NCBI GenBank assembly: GCA_965227295.1
Contig: OZ245742.1
Location: 1,856,001 to 1,920,000 of the forward strand
Direction: 5' to 3'
Source of the DNA: Leptonemataceae bacterium
GTDB lineage: Bacteria > Spirochaetota > Leptospiria > Leptospirales > Leptonemataceae
Length of the DNA: 64,000 nt
In this document: one piece after another, positions 1 to 8,371 of the stretch
Numbering within the stretch: the stretch's first letter is position 1
Layout of the letters: each line of letters opens with the position of its first letter
Notes under the pieces: generated by a model
Database searches by the model: none
Told to the model about the DNA's origin: nothing
What the model saw: only the letters and a program-made list of their open reading frames with translations
Position numbers and translations under genes: made by a program

Positions 1-199
1 AGCGCAATACTTTGCGCGCCTCGGCCTTACTCAAACGGCCTTCGCGATAGTGACGATGCACGCCGGAATAAAATTCCAGGCGGCCAAGCACGGAACTGGC
101 GAGCCCCGCGTCGTGTTCGTACGCGGCCGCACGGACAGCCCCGGCACCGGCCTCGTGAAGATAGCACTTCAAGATGTAGGCGGTATCGAAGTAGAGCAT
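1..199 (-). CDS. vapC: PIN-domain toxin (VapC family), runs off the window edge
   Basis: Not in the ORF track. Manual translation from ATG 199 gives MLYFDTAYILKCYLHEAG...SSVLGRLEFYSGVHRHYREGRLSKAEARKVLR, with the PIN N-terminal hhDT motif and conserved Glu. GAGG RBS; lies just downstream of the antitoxin. Confidence 0.85.
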   Translation of the reverse strand, partial: MLYFDTAYILKCYLHEAGAGAVRAAAYEHDAGLASSVLGRLEFYSGVHRHYREGRLSKAEARKVLR

Positions 200-244
200 G
201 GGCGCCTCGCTACGGATTGTGAGTGGAGTTGTTTCGCCTTCGAT

Positions 245-499
245 TCAGCGGGCGTCGCGTTCGGCGGAAACACCGGCGGCGGAGTCCGCGTCACCCAGGA
301 ACGGAAGCTTGCGGATGTCTTTCTCACGATTCGGCAGGGCCGGACCGCCCAGCTCCATGGCGGAATAGTGACGCAGCACGGCCACCGGGCGGCCACGATC
401 GGTGACAACGACGCTGCGCTCCCGGGCCGCCTTGCGGACCCAGTCGCCGGTGCTTTCGTGCAGTTCACGGATGGAGACGGAGTTGATGGGAGCGCTCAT
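245..499 (-). CDS. Phd/YefM-family antitoxin
   Basis: MSAPINSVSIRELHESTGDWVRKAARERSVVVTDRGRPVAVL matches the Phd/YefM N-terminal pattern (vsirel...vvvT.rGrPvAvl); 84 aa; precedes the PIN toxin. Confidence 0.85.
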   Translation of the reverse strand: MSAPINSVSIRELHESTGDWVRKAARERSVVVTDRGRPVAVLRHYSAMELGGPALPNREKDIRKLPFLGDADSAAGVSAERDAR

Positions 500-535
500 G
501 TGACACATTGTGTCACAAAAATCCAACGCAAGCAA
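499..535 (-). promoter_or_regulatory. TA promoter with overlapping palindromic operator
   Basis: Minus strand reads TTGCTT-17nt-CACAAT-7nt-ATG. A perfect palindrome TGTGACACA-T-TGTGTCACA (499-517) overlaps the -10 box and the start codon. Confidence 0.7.
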
Positions 536-608
536 CAAAAAAATCGCGGTCGAATAAAAATCTCGGAATAAGAATACCCTTCTCCGACCGGTACCACGAT
601 CCTCGGTC

Positions 609-1118
609 ATGCTCCGGAATCTCTGCATCATCCTGCTCATAGTCGTGTTGCCGCTCTCGCTGCCGGCCGATACCGTCACCGAAATCGTCGTTCGCAGCGG
701 CACACTGGACGACGCGGATCGCGAGGCACCGCTGGCCGATTCGGTGAAAGACTACGCGCCGCTCCTCAAAGCCGCGAACGAGATTCTGGAGTTGTTCCAG
801 GCGAAAGAACATCGCAAGATCTACGACACCTACTTCAGCAAAGAGATCACCTCCCAGCTTTCGTTCGAAGAGTTCCGCAACCTGAGCATTCGCGTGGAGC
901 AGGCCTCGGGCAAAATGGAATCGTTCAAGAAGCAGCAGTGGGATTTCCGGCACCTCAAGGCCGGGGAGCGCGAGTACCTCTCGCTGCAAAAGATCGTCCA
1001 CTTCGAAAAGAACTCGTTCGCCTTCGTGTTCACGGTTACGCCGGATCAACAAACGAAATTGATCGGCTTTCGCTTCACGCCCATCGAACTGGAGCGTCGC
1101 GGTAAGCGGCCGGAGTAA
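609..1118 (+). CDS. Exported protein, DUF3887/DUF4019-like
   Basis: Signal-peptide-like N-terminus; 'KIYDTYFSKEI...LSFEEF...GKMESF...LIGFRF' pattern of small NTF2-like exported proteins. Confidence 0.5.
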   Translation: MLRNLCIILLIVVLPLSLPADTVTEIVVRSGTLDDADREAPLADSVKDYAPLLKAANEILELFQAKEHRKIYDTYFSKEITSQLSFEEFRNLSIRVEQASGKMESFKKQQWDFRHLKAGEREYLSLQKIVHFEKNSFAFVFTVTPDQQTKLIGFRFTPIELERRGKRPE

Positions 1119-1129
1119 GCGAGGACAAC

Positions 1130-2680
1130 ATGCCGAAACTCCTGAGCGATGCGGAAATCTTAACTGCCGGTGTCCAGCAGTTAGTCGATGCATACCAGAA
1201 GAAACGCTGCACGCCGTCCCGGGCGGTGGAGGTTTTTATTGCTCACCAGGAGCGCCTGAATCCGCGGCTGAACCTCGTTACTGCCGATCGGTACGCGGAA
1301 GCGCGCAAAGAAGCCGCTGCCGCGGATCGCAAGTGGAAGTCCGACCGCGTGTCGGCACAGCAGCCGTTGCTCGGCGTACCTGTGAGCATGAAGGATTCCT
1401 TTCACGTCGGCGGTATGGCGACGCAGTGCGGCGTGGATGCCGAGCGGCTGATGCAGCGCGCCCCGGAAGCGGGGGCGTTGTTCCGCGAACCACAGGCGCA
1501 GGACGGCAACCTCGTGGCAAAACTACGGGCGGCGGGGGCCATCATTCTGAACAAGTCGAACACGCCGACGTTTTGCTTTTGCCAGGAAAGCGACAGCTAC
1601 GGCTTCGGCCGCGCGAACAATCCCTGGAACCCCGCGTACACCACCGGCGGTTCGTCCGGCGGCGAGGCCGCCCTGATTGCCGTGGGGGGAGCGGCCGCCG
1701 GTTTCGGCTCGGACATCGGCGGCTCCATTCGTTTTCCCGCCCACTTCAACGGCGTGGTGGGTTTTAAGAGTGCGGCGCACAGCATCGCGGATCCCGGCCA
1801 TTTGCCGGGCGCGGCGAGCGAAGCCTGGCAACGCATGGGCGTTTTCGGACCGATCACAAAGTCCGTAAGTGATGCGGCGTTGATGTTTGCGATTGCGGCG
1901 AAACCGGAGCTGAAGTTCCAACCACCGGCGCGCGGCAAAATCGCGAAAGATCTGCACGTCCTGACCTTCGGCGACATTCCCGAAACGAAGACCCGCTGTA
2001 CGCCGGAGACGCTTGCGGTGTTGCGTCGTGTTCAGGACTGGTTCCGGGAAAAGAACGTAAGCGTCAGCGAAGAACGGCCCGCCGCCATCCGGCAGGCCGC
2101 GGACATCTGGCAACTCTACATGAGCGAGGACGGCGGCGCCTACATCGGCGGCCTGGCTTACCCGCACGCGCAAAAGACTTCCGGCAACGCGCAGAAGCCC
2201 GGCCCGGGATTGCGAAGGTTTCTTGCGGACTTCCTGAAAGCGAAGCTCGGCCTGCGCGCCCATCAGCACCCGTATCTCTCCTGGGGGCTCATGGGCACCG
2301 CACTGTTCCAGCCGTCGGCGAAACAGCTGACCTGGATGCAGGCGCAACTCGACGCGGCCCGCGCCGAAATCGGCCAAATCTTAGGTGCCGGCGGCCTCAT
2401 GTTAACGCCGGTGTATCCGTCGCCGGCAAAGGCGCACGGCGAAGTCTACAGCGAGATCTTTCACATTACGAAGACGTTTCGCCGGGTGTTGCCGTTCATG
2501 GCGCTGATCACGAACCTGGGCCTGCCCGCGCTCTCGCTGCCCCTGGGACAATCGCGCGACGGGATGCCCATCGGCCTGCAGCTCGCCGCGCTGCCCGGCA
2601 ACGAGAAGCTGCTCTTCGAAACGGCGCTGGTGCTGGAAAAAGAATTCGGCGGCTATCACCGCTGCACGGCCTACGACTGA
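1130..2680 (+). CDS. Amidase signature family enzyme (FAAH-like)
   Basis: PLLGVPVSMKD, NNPWNPAYTTGGSSGGEAA and GSDIGGSIRFPA (Lys-cisSer-Ser triad motifs). Confidence 0.93.
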   Translation: MPKLLSDAEILTAGVQQLVDAYQKKRCTPSRAVEVFIAHQERLNPRLNLVTADRYAEARKEAAAADRKWKSDRVSAQQPLLGVPVSMKDSFHVGGMATQCGVDAERLMQRAPEAGALFREPQAQDGNLVAKLRAAGAIILNKSNTPTFCFCQESDSYGFGRANNPWNPAYTTGGSSGGEAALIAVGGAAAGFGSDIGGSIRFPAHFNGVVGFKSAAHSIADPGHLPGAASEAWQRMGVFGPITKSVSDAALMFAIAAKPELKFQPPARGKIAKDLHVLTFGDIPETKTRCTPETLAVLRRVQDWFREKNVSVSEERPAAIRQAADIWQLYMSEDGGAYIGGLAYPHAQKTSGNAQKPGPGLRRFLADFLKAKLGLRAHQHPYLSWGLMGTALFQPSAKQLTWMQAQLDAARAEIGQILGAGGLMLTPVYPSPAKAHGEVYSEIFHITKTFRRVLPFMALITNLGLPALSLPLGQSRDGMPIGLQLAALPGNEKLLFETALVLEKEFGGYHRCTAYD

Positions 2681-3837
2681 GACGCCGCGGGTTCTGCGTT
2701 TTTCGGCGCGGGAGCGGCGGTACAGCTTTGCGCCGCCGCCTCCAGGCGACCGACCGCCGCCGTGAACTCGGCGCGTTGTTTTTGCAGACTCTGCTCCAGA
2801 TCGACGAGGCGTTTAATGTAGGTATCCTTCGACGCCGCGAGCTGTTGTTCCAGGCCACGCGACTTTTCGTTCGCCGCGACGAGTTGCTGCTCGGCCGACC
2901 GCCGTTGGGACACGGCCGCCTGTAGCTCCGTTTCCACTTTCCCGCGCAGGCCCCGAATCTCCTCGCTCATACCGCCGATCCTCTCCTGAGCGATCTCGAC
3001 TTCCGCCTCCAGCTCCGACTTCTCCTGCTGTAACGTACTCACCAGCGCCCGGGCATCGCTTAGCTTTTTCTCGGCGACGGTTATGCGATCCGCCGCATCC
3101 GTTTCGGTTCTTGCCGCCCTCGCCTCCGCGGCCGCGCGCTCCTGCTGTGCCGTGCCGATTTCCTGCTGTGCCGCGGCCAGGCTCGCGCTCAGCCGTTCGC
3201 GTTCTTCTCGCAGTATGATGATTTTGCCCTGCTCCCGGGCCAGTTCGGTGCGGGCCTCCGCTAACTTCTCCTCGGCGGACTTTACCTGCTGGAGCAGATT
3301 CTCGCTCAACGCCTGGAACTGCTCGACGATTTCCGCCGCGCCGCCACGCAGGCTGCTGCGTACATCACCGAGATTCTTCGAGAGGCGATCGAACTCCTCG
3401 CGGCTCTGGCGGTCCGACTCAATGCGGCTTTCGAGCAGCATGATGTGCCGGATGCTGTCCGCGCCGAACGAGAACACGGCGTTGAACGCGAAGAAGACGA
3501 TGCCGACGAGCCCCACCATCGTGACCTTGCGCCGGCCCGTCTCCGGATCCATCACGGAAAGATCGTTGAGGGCCGCGTAAATTCCGAAGATGGTCGCGAA
3601 GGCCGTGGCGATGGCTTTAATATAGAGGAAAATCGCGTCACGATCGGCGTCGCCCAGGAAGAAGAGGAGGATCAGCGCCACAATCCAGAGTACGTAGCCG
3701 AGCACGGCGACCACGCGCAGAAAACCGCGGCGGCCTTCGCGGCGCACCGAAAGAAAGACGAACAGCGCGCCGGTAAGCAAAAACACGGCGCTGAAGCCGT
3801 ATTGGAGGATGTCGACAATTGCATTGTAAGGAAACAT
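2671..3837 (-). CDS. Membrane protein with about 4 N-terminal TM helices and a long coiled-coil
   Basis: Four hydrophobic segments in the first 130 aa, then an A/E/Q/R-rich heptad region. Confidence 0.7.
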   Translation of the reverse strand: MFPYNAIVDILQYGFSAVFLLTGALFVFLSVRREGRRGFLRVVAVLGYVLWIVALILLFFLGDADRDAIFLYIKAIATAFATIFGIYAALNDLSVMDPETGRRKVTMVGLVGIVFFAFNAVFSFGADSIRHIMLLESRIESDRQSREEFDRLSKNLGDVRSSLRGGAAEIVEQFQALSENLLQQVKSAEEKLAEARTELAREQGKIIILREERERLSASLAAAQQEIGTAQQERAAAEARAARTETDAADRITVAEKKLSDARALVSTLQQEKSELEAEVEIAQERIGGMSEEIRGLRGKVETELQAAVSQRRSAEQQLVAANEKSRGLEQQLAASKDTYIKRLVDLEQSLQKQRAEFTAAVGRLEAAAQSCTAAPAPKNAEPAASQS

Positions 3838-3910
3838 ATCCGCGCCTCAAATAAACGATTGCCACATTTGTGTACAACCGCTGTCATCGTGCTGCACGTA
3901 GCATTGCACG

Positions 3911-4864
3911 ATGTCCTCTGCCGTGTCTACGTTATCTTCATCGTCTCAGGCCCCAGCAACTATGACCCGGCCCGTCCACGTTTCATCCGATCTCACCGGC
4001 GCGCGCGGCCATCGGCTTCGCCTGTACGCGCATCGCGGCGCGAACTTCATTCATCCGGAGAATACCATGCCGGCCTTCCGGCGGGCACTGGCCGACGGGG
4101 CCACACACCTGGAGATGGACGTCCATCGCACGGCGGACGGGGAGATCGTCGTGCATCACGATGCCACCGGCGAACGCCTGGCCGGGGTCGCGAAGTTCGT
4201 GCGCGATTGCAGCGTGGCCGAGATACGCGCCTGGGACGCCGGCGCGCGCTTTGAACGTCGCGGGAATCTCGCGGGCGAAGCGGCGCCGGAGCGCTACGAG
4301 GTGCCGCTCTTCGGCGAGGTCCTGGACGCCTTTCCGAAAGTTACGGTGAATGTGGACATCAAACAGCACGATGACATTGCGGTGGGCGACGTGCTGCGGC
4401 TCATCGAAGGCCGCGGCGCCACCGGCCGCGTGGTGATCAACAGCTTCAGCCCGCGCGTCATTGCCCGGGTGCGGCGCTTCGGTTATCCCGGCGAAACCGG
4501 CGTGTCCGTCCCCGATCTTTTACGTTTGCGCTACTATCCGCGCTTTTTGTTGAACCCGGCCATGATCCGCGGCGAGGCGTTGCAGATGCCGGTGCACAGT
4601 GAGGTGAAGTCGCGCTACCTGCGATTTCTTCTGGGTTCGCACGTGCACTTCGATCGGCCGGAGCTGTTGCGTCGTGCGCACCTGGCGGGCGTGCGCGTGG
4701 ACTTCTGGGTCGTGAACGATCCCATGGAGGCCCGGCGATTGCTGGAGTTCGGCGCGGACGGCATCATGACCGACGACCCCGCATCGATTGGGCCGATTTT
4801 CCTGGAGTATGCGCGTTCCAGCGGCCGCGCCGTGGACGGCGGAGATACGGAAAAAACTTCTTAA
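3911..4864 (+). CDS. Glycerophosphodiester phosphodiesterase
   Basis: AHRGA, PENTMPAF, LEMDVHRTADGEIVVHHD, WVVND and GADGIMTD motifs. Confidence 0.93.
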   Translation: MSSAVSTLSSSSQAPATMTRPVHVSSDLTGARGHRLRLYAHRGANFIHPENTMPAFRRALADGATHLEMDVHRTADGEIVVHHDATGERLAGVAKFVRDCSVAEIRAWDAGARFERRGNLAGEAAPERYEVPLFGEVLDAFPKVTVNVDIKQHDDIAVGDVLRLIEGRGATGRVVINSFSPRVIARVRRFGYPGETGVSVPDLLRLRYYPRFLLNPAMIRGEALQMPVHSEVKSRYLRFLLGSHVHFDRPELLRRAHLAGVRVDFWVVNDPMEARRLLEFGADGIMTDDPASIGPIFLEYARSSGRAVDGGDTEKTS

Positions 4865-5060
4865 TTCTTAGAAAAAAGGGACTTGCATTTCTGCGCCTGG
4901 CTTATAGAAACAAGTTCGTATTGCGGTACTTTCTCTCATCGCACGCTTCTCATTCGTCTTTGAGCATCGCCTCAGCGGTGCCGGTCTCTCGCAGACCCTT
5001 TCCTCACACACAAAACATTTTTTGTTACTCCCTGCTTCCCGGGGTTCGGCGAGGTTTATT

Positions 5061-5204
5061 TTGAAAAGAATCCGTCCCGGCGACAAAACCAACCAACTGC
5101 GCGGAGCTTCCTACGATCTGCTGGAACGCCTGCGCCGCAAACTCAGGCCCTCACCGGCCGAACGGAGATTCTGGCGACACTGGCAATTCGCCGCTAAGTT
5201 TTAA
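5061..5204 (+). pseudogene. Short ORF resembling the N-terminus of DUF559 (Vsr-like) endonucleases, truncated
   Basis: GAGG RBS then TTG; 'LRRKLRPSPAERRFWRH' resembles the DUF559 'LRrnmTpaErkLW' motif; stops after 47 aa. Confidence 0.4.
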
Positions 5205-5253
5205 GAATGTATTCTTAGTACTTGCACGCCCTGAAGATGATGAGGCAATAATC

Positions 5254-5481
5254 TTTTGGGCGCGTCGCCTTCGGCGACCGGGCTGCTACGGGCGCCGCTA
5301 TCGCTTCGGTCGCGCTACGCGCGACGGCCTTCGGCCCCCTTCGCATCCCTCGCGCTTGAATTCCGGTGCTCTTCGCGCGAGCGATTGGAGGGGTGGCCGA
5401 AGGCCAGTCTCGGCCGCAGGCCGAGACCGCAGCGAAGCGGAGCCCCGGAAAGCGCGGTCGCCGAAGGCGACGCGCCCAAAA
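5254..5481. repeat. REP/REPIN-like doublet element, copy 1 (27-bp perfect terminal inverted repeats)
   Basis: TTTTGGGCGCGTCGCCTTCGGCGACCG (5254-5280) is the reverse complement of 5455-5481; homologous to 59680-59978 and 11402-11525. Confidence 0.85.
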
Positions 5482-5555
5482 AATCCCTACTTCATATTCT
5501 TCGGGGCGGCGAAAAAATTCTGGCCCTTCTACTTGTCTTCGGCGATTTTGCGCGC

Positions 5556-6935
5556 ATGGCCACGCATTCCCGCACTCGCGAAGAACTCATTCGAGAAATC
5601 AAAGACTCCGGTACGCAGAAGATCAAAGTCGCCATCACGGACATCGACGGGGTCCTGCGCGGCAAGTACATCCACGTCGATAAATTCCTGGGCGCCCTCG
5701 AAAAAGGCTTCGGCTTCTGCAACGTCGTCTTCGGCTGGGACGTCGCCGACGAAGTCTACGACTACGTTCCATACACCGGCTGGCACACGGGATACCCCGA
5801 CGCGAACGCGCGTATCGATGAAGGCACCTATCGTCGCGTGCCGTGGGACGAACACGTGCCGTTTTTCCTGGCCGACTTCGAAAGCGAAGGCGGCGGACCG
5901 CTGGCCGTATGTCCGCGCCAGGTGTTGAAGCAGGTCATCGCAAAGGCCGCGTCCATGGGCTACAGCGCGAAGTTCGGCGTAGAACTCGAGTTCTTTAACT
6001 TCGAAGAGAATCCCGCCTCGTTGCACGAAAAAGGGTTTCGGGACATGGATTCGCTCACGCCGGGCATGTTCGGTTATTCCCTGCTGCGCAGCTCGTACGA
6101 TCAGCCTTACTTTCGAAACTTAATGGACGAACTCGGTCAGTTCGATGTGCCGCTCGAAGGCCTGCACACGGAAACCGGTCCCGGCGTTTTCGAAGCCGGC
6201 ATCTACGTCGCCGATGCCCTGGAAGCCGCCGACCGCGCGGTGTTGTTCAAGAGCGGGGCGAAAGAGATCGCGTATCGTCACGGCATTGTTCCGACGTTCA
6301 TGGCGCGCTGGAATACGAAGCTGCCTGGTTCCAGCGGTCACGTGCACCAGAGCCTGTGGAACCAGGACGGCTCGCAGGCGCTCTTTCACAACGAGAACGA
6401 TCCGCATAAAATGAGCGATATTTTCAAAAATTACCTGGCCGGTCTCATCCACTGTCTCCCGGAAGTGCTGCCCATGCTCGCGCCGAACGTGAACAGCTAC
6501 AAACGGTTGGTCGAGGGTTTCTGGGCGCCGACGACCATGACCTGGGGTGTCGACAATCGTACGGTGGCGCTGCGGGTAATCCAGGGCTCCGAGAAATCCA
6601 CGCGCGTCGAAGGGCGCATCGGCGGCGCGGACATCAATCCCTACCTGGCCGTCGCCGCGTATCTGGCCGCGGGGCTCTACGGCATCGAGAAGGGGCTCAA
6701 GCTGGAGCAGGCGGCCGTCACCGGCAACGGCTACGAAATCAAGGACCCGCACATTCCGCGACTCGCTAACAATCTCAAAGATGCAGCTAAGATGATGCGC
6801 GATTCCCTGGTCGCCCGGGACCTCTTCGGCGCGGACTTCGTCGAACACTACACCACCACGCGACTCTGGGAAGTCCGCCAGGCCGAGCAGGCCGTAACGG
6901 ACTGGGAGTTGAAGCGGTACTTTGAGATTATCTGA
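5556..6935 (+). CDS. Glutamine synthetase-like gamma-glutamyl-amine ligase (GlnA/PuuA-like)
   Basis: TDIDGVLRGK, ELEFF, HTETGPGVFE, GSSGHVHQSL, NSYKRL, WGVDNRT and RVEGRIGGADINPYL. True start is ATG 5556; the ORF-track extension runs through the repeat. Confidence 0.92.
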   Translation: MATHSRTREELIREIKDSGTQKIKVAITDIDGVLRGKYIHVDKFLGALEKGFGFCNVVFGWDVADEVYDYVPYTGWHTGYPDANARIDEGTYRRVPWDEHVPFFLADFESEGGGPLAVCPRQVLKQVIAKAASMGYSAKFGVELEFFNFEENPASLHEKGFRDMDSLTPGMFGYSLLRSSYDQPYFRNLMDELGQFDVPLEGLHTETGPGVFEAGIYVADALEAADRAVLFKSGAKEIAYRHGIVPTFMARWNTKLPGSSGHVHQSLWNQDGSQALFHNENDPHKMSDIFKNYLAGLIHCLPEVLPMLAPNVNSYKRLVEGFWAPTTMTWGVDNRTVALRVIQGSEKSTRVEGRIGGADINPYLAVAAYLAAGLYGIEKGLKLEQAAVTGNGYEIKDPHIPRLANNLKDAAKMMRDSLVARDLFGADFVEHYTTTRLWEVRQAEQAVTDWELKRYFEII

Positions 6936-6964
6936 GCGTTTTCACCGCTTCGAAGAATAGATTG

Positions 6965-6996
6965 ACACCGAGGACCGAGGCCCCGAGGGAAAGATG
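6965..6996 (+). repeat. Solo end of the CCGAGG-type repeat (GxxExxY-associated family)
   Basis: ACACCGAGGACCGAGGCCCCGAGGGAAAGATG closely matches 8372-8405. Confidence 0.75.
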
Positions 6997-7086
6997 AGTC
7001 CTATCTCTTGCCCGGCGCGCAGCGTCCGGTGCGGCCGTGAGGACGCAGCGCGTTAGCGCGCAAGAGATGGGCCGCAAATGCAACCA

Positions 7087-7156
7087 GCATAACACAGGAT
7101 GTGTTATGCGTATGAACTGAAAACAGGAACCGTGCACAGGTGAAGGCAGGATGCCT
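7087..7156 (+). promoter_or_regulatory. GGA-loop hairpins, candidate CsrA/RsmA-binding sites
   Basis: GCATAACAC-AGGAT-GTGTTATGC (7087-7109), ACAGGAAC (about 7123) and AGGC-AGGAT-GCCT (7144-7156), upstream of ATG 7177. Confidence 0.5.
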
Positions 7157-7176
7157 GAGCCGGTGCGCAACTATAT

Positions 7177-8361
7177 ATGAAAGAGATACATAAATTTAGT
7201 TTCCCCACCCAGATCTTCTTCGGCGCGGGTGCGCGGCATTTGCTGGCGCGCGAGTTAAAACAACGCGGCGTGGAGCGGCCGGTCATCGTCACCGATGACA
7301 TGATCGCGAAGCTGCCGTTCACCGGCGAACTCAAGGACGAGCTGACCCAGGCCAATCTGCAAACGGCCGTTTACGCCGCGCCGTCCGGCAATCCGGTGGA
7401 GTCCCACGTAACGAACGGCGCCGCGGCCTATCGCGAGCATAAGGGCGACGCCATCATCGCCATGGGCGGCGGCGCGGCCGTGGACATCGCGAAAGCCGTG
7501 GCGGTGATGATCGATCATCCCGGCAAACTCTTCGATTACGAGGACGGCCGGGAAGGCGCGCCGCCGATTCTCAAAGAAAAAATTCCCGTAATGGTCGCCA
7601 TCCCGACGACCGCCGGTACCGGCAGCGAGGTCGGGCGGAGCACGGTTATCTCCGAAGAAGATACGCACATCAAACGCATCATCTTCTCGCCGTACATTCT
7701 GCCCGTCGCCGTCTTCGCCGATCCGGAACTGTTGCTCGGCCTGCCCGCCGGCGTTACCGCCGCCACCGGCATGGACGCACTGACGCACTGCATCGAAGCG
7801 CGCCTGGCGAAGGGCTTTCATCCGTTCTGTGACGGCCTGGCCATGGAAGGCATGCGCCTGTGCGCGGAATCGCTGCGAGACTGCGTAACTTTCGCCGAAC
7901 AGAAGTCTGGCGCGACTCCGGAACATGTGCATGCGCGCGGGCTCATGCTCAACGCCTCGATGATGGGCGCCGTCGCTTTTCAAAAAGGCCTCGGTGTTAC
8001 GCACAGCCTGGCGCATTCGCTCTCGACGGTCCACGATCTGCATCACGGCCTCGCGAACGGCATTATGCTCGACTACGCCATGAAGTTCAACGCCGACGCC
8101 CCGGAGCTGGCGGACGTCTTTTCTCAGATGGCCCGCATCGTTCGCGCGCCGCAAGAAACACCCGCCGGCTTCGTGGACTGGCTGGCGAAACTCAAGGCCG
8201 ACTTAAAGATTCCCGCGGGGCTCAAGTCTCACGGACTCGGCACGGAGAAGATCGACGACCTCGTTAAGTTCGCCTCGCTGGATCTTTGCCATACGCTGAA
8301 TCCGAGGGGAGTGAGCGAGGGGGACTTCCGGTCGATGTACGAGGCCGCGCTGAGTGCTTGA
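7177..8361 (+). CDS. Iron-containing alcohol dehydrogenase
   Basis: MGGGAAVDIAK, IPTTAGTGSEV, GMDALTHCIE and HSLAH...HHGLANG metal ligands. Confidence 0.93.
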   Translation: MKEIHKFSFPTQIFFGAGARHLLARELKQRGVERPVIVTDDMIAKLPFTGELKDELTQANLQTAVYAAPSGNPVESHVTNGAAAYREHKGDAIIAMGGGAAVDIAKAVAVMIDHPGKLFDYEDGREGAPPILKEKIPVMVAIPTTAGTGSEVGRSTVISEEDTHIKRIIFSPYILPVAVFADPELLLGLPAGVTAATGMDALTHCIEARLAKGFHPFCDGLAMEGMRLCAESLRDCVTFAEQKSGATPEHVHARGLMLNASMMGAVAFQKGLGVTHSLAHSLSTVHDLHHGLANGIMLDYAMKFNADAPELADVFSQMARIVRAPQETPAGFVDWLAKLKADLKIPAGLKSHGLGTEKIDDLVKFASLDLCHTLNPRGVSEGDFRSMYEAALSA

Positions 8362-8371
8362 AGAGGGATGG

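Noticed and set aside
5256-5555. 100-aa N-terminal extension of the glutamine synthetase-like ORF
   Set aside because: It is an open frame through the GC-rich repeat element; family similarity starts at ATG 5556.
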